NCBI GenBank assembly: GCA_038496445.1
Contig: JALMLS010000548.1
Span: 192,586-256,585, forward strand
Source of the DNA: Trichosphaerium sp. ATCC 40318
Taxonomy: Eukaryota > Protista > Tubulinea
Reading direction: 5' to 3'
DNA length: 64,000 nt
The notes beneath the pieces were generated by a model. The model did not search any database. It saw only the letters and a program-made list of their open reading frames with translations, and had not been told where the DNA came from. Of the stretch, positions 41,071 to 54,612 are shown in pieces. Within the stretch, counting starts at the first letter, position 1; each line of letters begins with the position of its first letter. Position numbers and translations under genes: made by a program.

Positions 41071-41878
41071 TCAAGAGTACAAACCCTGTACCAAGTCTTC
41101 AATGCTTACTTGACCATCGCCAGACTCAAAGTTCAGTGCTGCAAGCAGCTCATCAACATCGTCATCTGATAGAGGGGAGCCACCAAGCTTTGTGAGCGCG
41201 TGGCGAAGCTCTCCAAGCTCAATAATGCCTTTCAAAGTGTCAATAAATGTCTTATAAATAAAACATGGAAAAAACTTTCATGAGACTTTTGTGACGTCAT
41301 AGATCAACATACCGGCGCTTGATGGGTCTAATTCTTTTAGCCAGTCCTTGATATCATTCGGGGAAGTACTTTTAAGCAATCCCATGAGTTTGAGAAACTG
41401 TTGGAAGGAAATTAAAAAAAAAACAGTTTTGAAGTAATTTTTCAATTCATACCTCTGCAAACTCGACAGTGCCGTTACCGTAAATGTCCATGCGTTTAAG
41501 AGTTAGTTTGAGGTGTTCTGCTCTGATAAACAATTTAGTACACCCGTTAAAACTAAATTTCCGCGTGTACGCACGTATATGAGCGTCCAACTGCCTTTAG
41601 AACGTGTTCAATTTCGTCTACACCTATAACACCTAAAAACAGCAATGAGCCTATGTACGAGTCGCTGAGTTTCCGTACCATCGCCGTCTTTATCAAATAG
41701 AGCAAATGCTTCTTTGTAAACGTTCAACTCAGAGTTTGCAAGCGTGGACTACGGTAGGATGATCAATACGCAAGGTACCGGTAAAACCCGTTATCCGTGG
41801 ATAGAAAGAGGTACGCACAACTAATTTTCTAGCGTGTAGTTCCGTGTCTTTTCGCTTGAGATCCCTATTATTGGCCAT
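41071..41878 (-). CDS. Calmodulin-like EF-hand protein
   Basis: YKEAFALFDKDGDG, MDIYGNGTVEFAE, ELRHALTKLGG. TGA at 41071. Confidence 0.85.
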
Positions 41879-41979
41879 AGTGTTGTATTGTTATCAATAT
41901 GTACAAGAGACGCGTTGACCGTGTCTTCCGTCGTTCTCAAAAAAAAAAAAGTTACAGCTTCACCAAACAACTTGTGCTC

Positions 41980-42872
41980 ATGCCAAAACTTAAATACACA
42001 ATCGATTTTGGTAAAGGGACTGTATTCGTTGTCCAATTTGGGCTGTTATTCTTTTTCAACCGCTGGGACAATAATACAGCTCTTTTGTATGCTACATTAC
42101 ACTCATGCTATGGTACTACATAATTAACGCATAGTAATTGTTAAACAGTTGCGTGTCAGGTTTCATGTGGTGCGCAAAATCGTTACTGTTTCCAGACTCA
42201 TCTTGGGAAGCAGACACGCCATGGTACGCAAGCTATACATTTCTTCGGCTTGTAACATTTCTAGGTGGTACATACTCCTTGTGGCGTTCCCTGGTCTGTG
42301 CGGTTACCACATACCTGGTGTTATCATCAGTATTTATGACGTACACGCTCCAGCAATGCTGTTCGTTTTGTGTATTGGCATGTTCATCGCTGGTACACTC
42401 TAACGCCATTACACACATTTACTAAACGCTTGGTAGGTACATTCATTCATTTTTCAGCTGACATGCAAAAACATACTACACTATCAATAAAACGCGGTCT
42501 AATTACTACTGGCTTATGGTCACTATCGCGTAACATCAATTACTTTGGGGAACTATTGATATACCTGGCAATGGCACTGTTATCAATGCACTGGCTGCCA
42601 GTTTTATACTTGAGTACGAACAACTAGACAACATTCTTTTTACCATGTCATTATCGGCCTTGTTTCGAAAAACAATGTTGCTTATTTTTTTTGTAGCGAC
42701 ATTCATTGCTGTTTATTGGGTTCCCAACATGCTACGTAAGGATAAATCGTTGTCAAGATACCCCGAATTCAAGGTAAGCTTACAGGCTGTTCTATAACAA
42801 TGGCACATTCTTATAACAATTTTATAGGCGTGGAGTAAGAATACAAAATTGTTTATCCCCTTTATAATTTGA
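41980..42872 (+). CDS. DUF1295 / steroid 5-alpha-reductase C-terminal-like membrane protein
   Basis: Hydrophobic helices, ADMQKH...GLITTGLWSLSRNINYFGELLIY, KDKSLSRYPEFKAW. Confidence 0.8.
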
Positions 42873-42964
42873 CATGTTGAAAAAAAAAAAAAAAAATTAC
42901 TTCGACACCGTCTCTTTTGCCTCTTATGTCTCAACTATGGAGCGCAAATCACACATACCTTATA

Positions 42965-44122
42965 TTATGTCAGACTTAAACTGCAGTGCACAAAATCTAA
43001 AGCGGTACCGGTGAAGAACGACTTTTCTGGCAGTACTGTTTTTCCACTACAATGGGCTGCAATAATCAAGCGTTGTAACCGCGTAAGTCTGCTAAATTTT
43101 TTCCAAGGTACAGTAGTGTCATCACCAAGGAAAGAGTCGTGATTATCAGGTAACTCAACTTCGAGTTTGACAAGTTCAAGAGTGTCACTACAACAAACTG
43201 ATAAGTGGTTTTTTGTAGCAAACCGAAAAATACTGACCTGAGACGCCATAAGTGCATAAAATCTGCGGCCAATAGACACTCCGATTTTATTGTTAGAGTT
43301 TTCAAGTATCTAAGCTGATACCAGTTTATTCCATGAAGAACAATAGCACCAAGCTATCAAAAATTATTTCAAAAAAATGAAGCCAGATCAAGCGCAATGT
43401 ACCTGACCGTAATTACCTGGCTTCCAAAACCAATCTATGCGCAAGTCGTCAAGTGTACCGCTGAACTCTATTGTCAAGTCTTCAAGATGAGACAACACGC
43501 TTATCGCCTCAAATTCAGCTTCTCCATAGCCACTACATGAACGTAAGTGAGACCTACAAAGGAAAAGTGTTCATTTGAGAAAATACTTTCTAATGTGTTA
43601 TGATGCCTATGTGCAAGCTTCGTAGAGTTGAAAATTGTGTCAAATAGTTTTGAATGTCATTTGTTTTCATAGTTTCCACAACTAATTGCAAGTGATTCAG
43701 GGCCTATACATCTTTGTGCGTTAGCTGCAGAGTATTTGTTTTTAAGCTGTTTTGCACTAACGTCAAAAGCCTGTATTGATGTAAAAATGTTGTTTTTGGC
43801 GAGCGGAGAAGACGTGAAGGTGGCATCAACGCACACAAATGTCAAGTTCAAGTATTTTGCTAAACAAGCCAACTGACCCTTGGGGAAGGTATTCACCGCG
43901 TAGTAGTTTGCGTCAGTAGCACTCCACAGGTACTCAGTTTCATTTTGAGCAATAAAAAGGCGACTAGCCACTAATCGCATAGAATGTAACCAAGTCGTGG
44001 ATGTGCGTATCGTCGCCAACCTTATTCCCTCAGAATTTGTAACAAAAAGATGAATAAGTACCAGTCACTCGGGTTATCTAACAGGCACAAAATACGTCTA
44101 AGTAAAGGCAAAGGGAGGCCAT
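42965..44122 (-). CDS. Uncharacterised protein, possibly degenerate F-box/LRR-like; 5' structure unresolved
   Basis: Coding-like ORFs 43657-44019 and 42965-43279 with LxxLxL-like segments (LSHLEDLTI, LTRLQRLII). No clean in-frame start reconstructed. Confidence 0.35.
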
Positions 44123-44202
44123 GTAGCTGAACTTCATAAAGGAGGCTTGGTACGTAAAGAGAATCCCCGACAGCACAATTTCGCCGCTTCATTTAATTTC
44201 AA

Positions 44203-46400
44203 ATGGTCCAAGAAGATTTTACTGCGCAAAAAAAAACAGAAAAAGGCAATGGGTTAAGCCAACAGCTTGATTGCGTTAAGCACATACCCACAAAAACACC
44301 AAACCATAAGAGGTTGTTACGTGATGCATAAACTTCCTCACTCTTGCCATTTTGGCGTGAAGAAACCGTCAAACAAAAACCCACGAAAAAAGGGGCTACT
44401 AGATAGGCGGAACCACGCCAAATTCTTTCAAATGTTAATAAACAGCGATTGTAACGTCGGTGGGTATACTGCAAGGTGATTTCTTTTTCGCGAGCAATTG
44501 ACCCACAATGACTTTTCATTTTTATCTCGAGCTAAGTTTTTTTTTCTTGTGAGCAGACCAAAAAATAGAACTGGTATTGTTTGTGATTACAGAATGGCTC
44601 TACACGAAGCTTACGACAGACACCCCGAACGCCCTGCGAGAATTGAAGCTGTATATTCTGATCTCTGGCTGCAAGGTTGAAAGTGTCAACCAAAAAAAAT
44701 TTTTACTGACTTCTTTTTTTTGTGCAGGACTTGTCGCCAAGTGCGTTAAATATAAGCCCCGTCCTGCTACAAGAGAACAGCTTAGTTTGGCACACTCTCA
44801 AAGCGTACGTGCTCCTTGTTTGGGGATGTTCTGTCTGGGATTTTTTCTGATGTGTTGTCCGTTTAGCATATTGAGAACGTACAGAGGACATCAAGCAAAC
44901 CAACCCACGACTTCGATGGAGACACATTCGCGAATCAGTTTTCGTCAACTGCAGCTCATTTGGCTGCAGGAAGCCTCATACAAATTACAGAACAGGTTGT
45001 CAAAGGAAACGTAGATAACGGATTTGCAATAATCAGACCTCCTGGTACAACCCATTAAGTTCTCTCAAACCTAACAAAAAAAAAAGGTCATCATGCGGAA
45101 TGTAATACTGCGTTGGGATTTTGTCTTTTCAATAATGCCGCAGTAGCAGCTTTGCATGCGCAAAAGCGATTGGGTGTAAAGAGGTACGAAAACATTATAA
45201 AACCTTGGGAATATTTATTGATTGTTTTTTTTCTCCTACAGAATTTTGATTTTGGATTGGGATAGTACGTAGTTTGTTGGTTTCTTTTTTATTTTTTTTT
45301 TTTTGGGTACTTACTGAGCGAAGTACATCATGGGAACGGTACACAGCATATTTTGGAGGACAACAGAAATATCATGTACATGAGTATGCACCGCTCCGAT
45401 TATGGGCAATACTTTCCTCAAACGGGCCACGTCCACGAGGTACATTTTCCGCTTTGGTTTAAAGAGTGAAAGCTCTAAAGAAGAGAAACTTTGCAGGTCG
45501 GTAGAGGTGCTGGCGAAGGATTTACAGTAAACCTACCATGGCATGAGGATGAGATGGGAGACGCCGAATACATGAAAGCCTTTGAGATGATAGTGATGCC
45601 TATCGCTCGACAATACAACCCAGAGCTTGTTATAATCTCTGCAGGGTTTGATGCAGTAAGAGGAGACCCTGTCGGTGGTTACGACGTATCACCAGAGCGT
45701 GAGTGCTTTTTTTTTTCTTTTTTTTTTTTTGGGTTGATTCTACAAAAAGCAAAATACGCGTTAATGTAACGTAGTGTTTGGAAAAATGACAGAAATGATG
45801 ATGACGCTCGCAAAAGGAAAAGTAGTTTTGGCACTTGAAGGCACTGCGTTTTTAATTAACCATCCAAAAAAAAAAACCTTCGTGCGAGCTTCTCTTATTC
45901 TTTGTTAAGGTGGATATAGTTTACGCGGTATTGCTGCTTCTTCTTCTTCATGTGTACGTGCTCTACTAGGTGAAAAATCAGCACATCTCGACTACAGCAG
46001 GCCACTAAGTACGAATTCTTAGTAATTCCAGTACATGATTGATAACTCCTCACTCTACTCTAGAGTACAACGCAATATTATGTATCAACTCTTGCATACG
46101 CCACCAAAGACCATACTGGTCGAAGCTGTCCGATATCGAACTACTTGAAGACCCTACAAAAATCGAATTTGAACCCTCAGAATCACTATTCGACCATTTC
46201 ATGAAAATCAAACATTTGACCTCCTACCGCCCGTACAGCGATCCTCTAGACGACGCTATAAGTAATGTAAGAGAATACCCAAGCGCACAGCGCATAGCAG
46301 TTTAGTGAGGACAAGATCTTTGAGGCCTACTGAAGAAAAAACAACGAAAGTGAAGAAGAACAACGGAGAAAACAAAATTGTACTTTACATACTTAAATAA
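44203..46400 (+). CDS. Class II histone deacetylase (HDA1/HDAC6-like single domain)
   Basis: [47 protein letters not shown]. The 3' end is approximate. Confidence 0.92.
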
Positions 46401-46681
46401 ATTACTGCGTGGATCTGTTGGTTCTTGTATAAGTAAATATGAACCCCCAACATCCATTTTTTTTTGAAAAAGTTCAGTGGTAATTTTTGTCTCAAAATAA
46501 CGTGTTTTTGCTTGATTTAATTTTTTTTCGCCAATTTAATTTTTGATTATTCAAAACCCAGCAAAGTGTACAGACGCTACAAAAATTAGTACGGTGCGAG
46601 GTTTTACAAAAAGCACGTTTTTTGGTAATAGTGGAGGGAAAACGGTTAGTTTGTCTGCGAAACAACGAAAAGAGTGCAAAA

Positions 46682-48765
46682 ATGAAAAGGAAAAGTAGTG
46701 CGACGCGTGGACATAACACGGATGAAGACGGTGAGTAGTTTGTGCAACGCAACGGGCAAATTAATCGTTAGCCATCAAATTTGTCAGAAAATTGTCCTTT
46801 GTTTATCCTCGTGTTAAACCGGCGCGTTTTACAATCGTACAACTATTTTGAACGATGTTGGAGACAACCCAACTGATTCGCACTCATCTTCGTTTTGTGC
46901 TCTGCACAGTGTTCTTAGCGCACAGAAGTAACACTCCTACTAGACTACGTAAACGATAGACACCGTGGTAGGAATTCTACAAGTTCAAACGCGGAAGTAG
47001 CCCAAACGCGATCAAATCGCGCGCAGAGGTAAACAAATTCAAAATATTCAAAATTTAAAATTGTTGCTTGATTTTTTTTTTTTTTCAAACGTGCTGTTCC
47101 TATTTAGCTAACCTTACCCCGCCACGTCAAGACCACAACCAGTTCATTCGTCTCTTGGAGTCACGGTACCGTTCTATTTCTTAAAACACGAAACCAAGCT
47201 TGTTTCATGTGTTTTGATAAAAATTATAAAGCTAAAAATCTATAAAAGGTATCCGTGGCGCAACAACTAGCCAGTCTCGCTGCCCCTGGTATTGTCACAA
47301 ATGTCACACAACCTGCTATGTCACCTAAAAAATCACCATCTAAAACGCCCTACCTAACGCCACGAGAACCACATGCAAATAGCGAAAGCTTACACAAAGG
47401 AAAAGAACCCATGTGCAAGCAGTGTAACTGCAAAAATTCAAGATGCCTAAAGTTGTACTGTGAATGCTTTGCAGCGCGTGTGTATTGCAACCATTGCAAT
47501 TGCGCTGGGTACGAATGACCTGTTTTGGAAATACGCAAGCTAACAAAATTTGTAGGTGTCGAAACAAGCCAGAATACGCTGCAGAGGTGTTACGTGCTGT
47601 TGGACACGCGTTGGAGAGAAATCCAAAGGCTTTTGAGCCGAAAATAACGACAAACGGCGTACGTATTCACGTTTGCTCTCGCTATAGCGTTCTATGGCTA
47701 ATCATTAGGTATTAGATCGCTAGTAAAGGTATACACGCCAAGGGGTGCAATTGTAGGAAGACCTTCTGTCTAAAAAAGTACTGCGAGTGTTTTCAGGTGC
47801 GCAGGACGCGTTGCATAGCAATTGTTTTGTGAATAGTTTAATAATGGCGGCAAAAAATTTGAGTGTAAAAAACTTTCTCTGGTCAAAACCACACGTCCAA
47901 GAAATATCATTTATTCGTTTGACAATTGTATTAGGCCGGTGTTATTTGTAGTACATTGTGCCGTTGCGTTGGTTGTAAGAATCAGCATAATAATAAGGAA
48001 AGAGAACGCGCTATGGAAGAAATGCTTCGTTCAGAAAGTCCGCGGGAAAGTAAGCGGCGAAAGTTATCCAGGTCTAATGACGAGATTCAAGTAGCTAGTT
48101 TGATGGCTTCTGGCTACTTTCCAAAGCGACGACAAACAAACTACGCTCGGTACGTTTTTTTTTAATCAATGGCACCACCAATAAAAAAAAATAACCGTTC
48201 CCTTCTGTACTAATCCTCAAATTAATAAGTGCTGTTGATGAAATTATTAACCCAGAATCTATTTGTGGCTTCTGTGAAACCCTACTTAAATCTCTGCAAC
48301 AGCCACCTTCTCTGCCTCAAGTTCAATCCTCTTCTGGTAATCAAGCTAGCACTGTTACGTTCCCTGTTACGCGCGCTACAGGCGTTCCAACTGATTCTAA
48401 AATGGAGGCTCCAAGCAATATAAAATATGCTCAAGTGCTTCCATTACCACAACAGCAAACACAACAACATGGTACAGCCACTGTGATGCCTCTTCCTCAA
48501 CAATCAACAGAAGGTTGGACTCCAACTACCCGTGGTAGAGATGGGATGTCTAAAAACAATGCTGGCGTACAAGGAAGTGCCGTTAGCGGTATTTCACAAG
48601 AATCAGAACATTTACTTTTAAAAGAACTTTTGGGATTTCTAACAGGGACGATGCAAAAGATAACACAGCGTGGTACGTGTACTGAATCTAGTAGTAAATA
48701 AGTTATTAAATTTTCTTGTAGAGAAGCAGCTGCATCTTGATGCACATAAGGCCGAGAGTACTTGA
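46682..48765 (+). CDS. Tesmin/TSO1/LIN54-like CXC (CRC) domain protein
   Basis: [47 protein letters not shown]. Confidence 0.9.
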
Positions 48766-49053
48766 CTTTTCGTATCATGTGCTTTCTGACAACTTGCCAA
48801 GTTTGGTTTTTTTTTTTTGGTCTAGTAGTGGCCTTTGTCCTTATTGTAAATAAATAGCTTGTTTGTACATTGTGACTTTGATTTATAGTTACCTTCTTAT
48901 AGATTAGTCAACACGTGGATATTACATAATGCACAGTTAGAACTAAGCGTAGTTCATAGTTTATCAGTAAATTCAACACTTTTTATTACTTTATACAAAT
49001 ACAAACGTGTTGTGGGGTTTTTTTATATACAGTAAGTACCATTTCACAACGTC

Positions 49054-50315
49054 CTAGGTTGTTGAGCCAAAGATACAAAATGCTTTTGTCCGAAGCTCCC
49101 TACAAATATTTTTAGAATATCACGTGAATGAGAAATGCGTGACAACATACAATTGTTTTGAACAGCGCTGATTTCTTCCATGAAACAAGGACCAATCCCA
49201 GTCAACTTCAGGGTACACATCTTTGAGAATTGTGGGCCAGTACCTCAAGAGTCCTGAACCCCCAATATCACGTATTTGGCTTTTAGAGATCCAATGCCTT
49301 TAAAGGGTAAGTAAGCTCCAAATTGAAACTAATATAATCAGTGTACCAGTCCACAACCTAGAGTTACATATTAGCAATTACATGTTGATAATTATGGATA
49401 TTGGGGTACGCACGTGTGTAATATTGTACATTTCTTCAGCTTTGAGAAAAAAATTCTTGACGTTTTTAAGATTCTGCCACCATCCCATTTCCACTGGTGC
49501 GTCACTCATAAACTTCCTTGAGGTAAAAAAACGTGTCATTATTTGATGAGGTTTCCAATTTCAGCTCTTTGCAAAATACACATACTTGAATACAAAGCGC
49601 TCTTCAATCCATTGATGCTCCGGGTAACACTCCATAACACCGCGCCTCAGAGAGCCTCCTGTCCTATATAAATACATTAATGAAGCTACGCCAATGATGC
49701 ACCATTAGAGAAAGACTGTACGTCGTAACCAGCATACCACCAGCACCATTTTTAAACCTAAAAGATGTCAGGTTTTTACAGGGAAAACACAACACATTAT
49801 ACTTGAAACTCACGCTTCAGTTTTGGTAACACGATACCAATCGTCGTATATCTTGACACCCAATTCTTTACCTACAGTATCCATTTTCTTTCTACGCAGT
49901 GTGTCATCTTTCCATATACCTGGGTGTCCACGCCTAGTCGATTTCTTAACATTACTTTTTTTAGTAAATCAATTTCGCCATACGTAAAACTCCAAGGCTC
50001 CCAAAGGTGCTCTGGGTACATTTTTTCAAGAACCTGGGATGATGATCCATACCTGACAATCTTGTAAGCATTCACAATGCTATAATTGGGGCGTTACCGA
50101 GCTATTAGAGGTGATCTTCCAAAACGAACCCATGCATCTTGCGGCACTTTGTACCAATCATCAAGCAGCTTTACGCCAAGCTTTTGGCCCAACTTGTCGG
50201 TGAGGTTTTTGTCTGCATTAGAGGGTGGTAGTTTTTTGGAACGTTTTGCTCTCATCCTGGATGTTGTCATTGCATTTTTTGACACCTTTCGCTTGGGTTG
50301 AAATGTCACTCTCAT
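49054..50315 (-). CDS. Second member of the 'LGVK..DWY...YP...W' helical repeat family
   Basis: LGVKLLDDWYKV...YPEHLWEPWSF, LGVKIYDDWYRV...YPEHQWIEERF, YPEVDWDWSLF. The 3' end is approximate. Confidence 0.65.
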
Positions 50316-50689
50316 TTTTGACCAACGATTGGGCTGAAATGACCACTGACTATACGCTTACGCGATAGATGTCGTCCGTATACGCGTTTTGCTGTTTTTG
50401 TTTTATTTGGTGTTGATAGTTGTTAAATGTCCTCACATAGGCGTGTAAGCTGGCTTCGGAGCCTTTGGTAGTGTTAAAACGATAATACGTTATAGCAACA
50501 TCGGTGATCTAATTCTAGAAACGAGACTGACATATTGTGTACCTCGTAGCCTGTTACAACGTGTTTAGATGTGAACCGAATCTATACACGCAGAAATCAT
50601 ACGACTTTTTTTTACGCTGACAGCAGCGAGTTCACTAACGCTCTGAACTGGTAACCAGTCATAATTAAATAATACAACTCTTTATCTAG

Positions 50690-51403
50690 ATGGCACGAGC
50701 ATTTCGGTTGTACAGGGACCTGCGACGCTCTGGAAAGAAATGGCCAGCACCAGGTAATACATTACAACGAGTTATTACATCTTAGAACATATTCTACTCT
50801 AAACAGCTGCTTACTACGCTACACATTATACCACAACGCAAACTAAAAGTCCAAGAGCGTAATTTCATTCTAAAACGCCCTTTGAGTTTGTTTTGGTTTT
50901 TTTTGGTTGTCATTTCTTTCTGTGGCTGACACTAACTCATAGATGAAAGTCGTATTGAAAGATCGCTCAACCATCACTTCCCAACTATTGTAAAGAAACA
51001 CTGGACACATGCTAAATCACAAGCAAAGAGTGTTCATGACGTTGATAAGATGCTTGATTATGGTGACGGCGAGTTGAAGCACTTACGTGACTTGGCATCA
51101 AACAAATATTACAAAAAGGTACGCACGTTGTTCATTAAGGGTGACTGATATAAGAACAACCACCTAACACCATTTACATTCTCCAATGCATAGCAGCAAG
51201 CTCATATTATTTGTTAGTGTCCACCAAAGGGTATTCATTTCCATTCTAATTTGGACACGTTAATCAAAGACCTCGCTGATTCTCAGCAATTAAAGAGGCG
51301 AAAGCAAGGTGCAGGAATAGTAGGTAGAATTTTGACAGCAATGTTTCCACCACCACCTAAAATGGAAGAAGACCCGGATGATAAACAAAATGTAACTAAA
51401 TAG
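50690..51403 (+). CDS. UQCC2: UQCC2/Cbp6-like complex III assembly factor
   Basis: MARAFRLYRDL...WPAPDESRIERSL...LRDLASNKYYKKCP resembles UQCC2 WPVDETKRGRDL...LARLHSNYYKHKYP. Confidence 0.65.
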
Positions 51404-51712
51404 ATAGCACAAAAAATTTGAACAACAAAACAGCTTTGTTTTTACATTTTCTTTTTTCGGTGGCGTGTACTATCGTGGGTAGTGGGATTGCATACTAACT
51501 AATAACAACACTATACGAGAGGAGTGACAAGTGTTTGGTTGATTGAGGTTAGCCAACTTTTCAATGAAACCTCGAAAAAAGTACTTTTTTCTTCAAAAAT
51601 TGTTGCTGGTTACAACGAAATTGGACAAAACTTGCTCTTGGGAACTTCTGCTTGTTGATGGAAGTACTCAGTTATATACTCATAATATAGTACCTAACTA
51701 TAGCACTGCATC

Positions 51713-52304
51713 ATGAGCGTTCTACAAGTACAAACTAAAATGGATGACAACTGTCTTGAAGAATTTGATAAGTGAGTAAGAACTATGCAACGATCATTTA
51801 CCAATTAACGTTACAGATTTAAGATGGGCAAAGGGCACCGCTACATAGTATATAAACTTACAGATGAATACAGTCGCATTCAAATTGAGAACACAGGTAG
51901 TGAAGGAGACACATGGCAGAAAATGGTTGAGGATCTGCCAGAGGACGAGCCAAGATATTGCGTTTTTCCTTTCACGTACGACCTTGGGCTTGATGGTAAA
52001 CGAACCAAAACAGTGTTCCTCTTCTGGTAGGGCAACAAACAATAGAAAATGACTCCACACTAACAATGGCTTTTTACAGGTGCCCAATGAAGTCAGGTGT
52101 TAAACGCAGAATGCTATACACATGTACCAAAGCATACCTGAAATCTGTATTGCATGTACGTTTTTCATGGCAACGTGACTTGTGTAGTACCTCCAACGAT
52201 ACTAACAGTTATCTTAGGGTATAGCCCTTCGTATGGAGACTGGAAATAAGTCAAATTTGACTGAGCAAGCCCTCTTAGAAGAATGTAAGCAAAAGTACAG
52301 ATGA
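51713..52304 (+). CDS. Cofilin/ADF actin-depolymerising factor
   Basis: HRYIVYKL, LPEDEPRYCVF, RTKTVFLFWCP..SGVKRRMLYTCTK. Confidence 0.9.
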
Positions 52305-52989
52305 GTACGGATTGCGAATTACTGTACATAAAACACAAAGCCCTGTTTCTTTTTATCTCTTGTGTATTTTGTGTTTCGTTTTACAGGTATTTCTGCCTAA
52401 CAAACGGCGAACATTCGGCGAAAGCGTTACAACGTACTGATATTTTTAACATTTATGTGAAGATACCGTGGTTACACAGAGGTTGTACAACTATTTACGT
52501 GGATATTCGGGCGTTGACAACGCCACCATAGCGTTATTTTTATGTCACATTTTCCAGAAAAATAACGAAAACCGATTGAGCGAATGTGGCTGTTCAAAGT
52601 GTAGAAGCAGTTGTATCCTCAATTAAGCTAAATGTAGTAAACGCCTCGGGCTGTTTGATTTTTTTTTCGGGAAGACCAAATCAACTGGGAAACCGCACGT
52701 TAACACCACCGAGTTCAGTTCACATGGCTCCACGAGAAAAAAGGAAATGAACAAAAACAGCAAGTTCAAGAAAATAGAAAAACAGCGAGAGTCCGCGGAA
52801 ACTACATAGTGATGAAACATAAAAGGCACCAAGCAAAAAGACATGAGGCAGTTACGTAATTTGGGTGGACACATTTATCAATTTTATTACAGTATTGTCC
52901 TATAATTAGTTGAAATTTCAAAGAGAGACTTGAATAAAGTTTATACGTGACTTAGTCATAACTATTTAAACAAAAAGAGACAAACAGCA

Positions 52990-54248
52990 ATGCCTAGAGA
53001 TTACAAAATCGTCGTACTCGGATCTGGTGGTGTAGGTGCGTACTATGAAACCAAATGCAGACCCTGATAAAGACAACATAAAGTTCTTCGTGTGTTGCCT
53101 CCTTTTTTTACTGCGGTGTTTCTCCAATTAGCTTACGTTCTACTCCTAGGTAAATCTGCCATTACTGTCCAGTTCGTGCAAGGTATTTTCGTCGAGAAGG
53201 TAAACAAAAGTTTGTATTATAATACGCTATATTCCACCACATCGGAAAAACGAACCTTGTGGGCCAGTTCAATGAGCTATTGCTCGTTTTAAAGCACCGC
53301 TGAAAAAATCTGAGCGATCTACGGTTCTTAACCGGCAACTAGCTCGATTTTTATGCGGACGCACTCACCATTGGTGTAATGCAAGCGCTGGCCTTTCAAC
53401 TCTGTATTTGCGCGCATTACAATAGTTTTTTGGTCAAAAATGCATTTACTACCAAAAAAGGTTTAGCGCAGGCTTGGTTTTTTTTTCCATATTTTTAAAT
53501 CTATGTAATGTAGAATGCACACGCTGACGTTTTTTTATAGTACGATCCAACAATTGAAGATTCATACCGTAAACTCGTAGAAGTAGACAATGAACAATAC
53601 ATGCTCGAGATTCTTGATACTGCGGGAACTGTACGACAAAAACGCAAAAAAAAAAAAAACCAAAAAAAAAATTCCTTTTTTTTGTTTTAAACTCCTCTCT
53701 GAAAATAGCAAAAGATCTGACCTTGTTATTAGGAACAATTTACCGCTATGAGAGATTTGTACATGAAGAACGGACAAGGTTTCGTCCTCGTTTACAGTAT
53801 CATCGCTCAATCTACCTTCAACGACTTGCCTGAATTGAGAGAACAAATTCTTCGTGTAAAAGATACCGAAAACGTATGTAGCAAGACCCGATCTACTCCG
53901 TAGATAACCCCGTTTATAAGTTTTGTCGAAAACGACAAGTAGCGTTTTTTTTTTCTTTCTTTAATTCTCTCCCCTTTCGCGTGCTTTGGTTTATTAACTT
54001 CTTATTAGGTACCAATGGTACTTGTCGGTAACAAATGCGATTTGCAAGATCAACGTGTCATCACCTCAGAACAAGGTGAAGCTTTGGCCAGAAAATTCTC
54101 CTCTACCTTCCTTGAGGCTTCAGCCAAGACAAAGGTCAACGTAGAACAAATTTTCTACGATTTGATCCGTCAAATCAACAAAATGATCCCACAAACTGAT
54201 GGAAAGAAGGTCGGTAAAAGGCGTAGAGGTGGTTGTGCCCTTCTTTAA
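52990..54248 (+). CDS. RAP1: Rap1 small GTPase
   Basis: [41 protein letters not shown] (Rap-specific Thr), NKCD, CaaX box CALL. Confidence 0.97.
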
Positions 54249-54612
54249 ATTTAAAGAAGCGCTTTGCCATGATTTGTACAATGTGTTCTAATTATTAAAT
54301 AAAAGTTCAAAAAAAAGAAGAAAAAAAAGGGGTTTCCTTGTATTTGAGCTTAGTGTGTGCGCGTTGACTTTGATCAAGTCCCAAAAAAAAAGGTTTTTGT
54401 GTTTTGTGCAAAATAAGATGCGTTGTGGTGATAAGAAATTCGAGTAAGAAATGTACATTGGTTTTTTTTAATTGGACCGTATCTCCTGAAATTTAAGTCC
54501 AAAACAGGATGTGAAAATATATATTTGATAAAAAAACCAAAAAGGTCCATTAATTTACCCGCTACAGCGCTTAATTATCATAAATAGTACAGCCCCTCAG
54601 CATACAAGCACT

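Noticed and set aside
53245-53425. H/ACA snoRNA in Rap1 intron 2
   Set aside because: Hairpins are present, but the ACA is buried in the stem and there is no clear H box. Treated as intronic structure.
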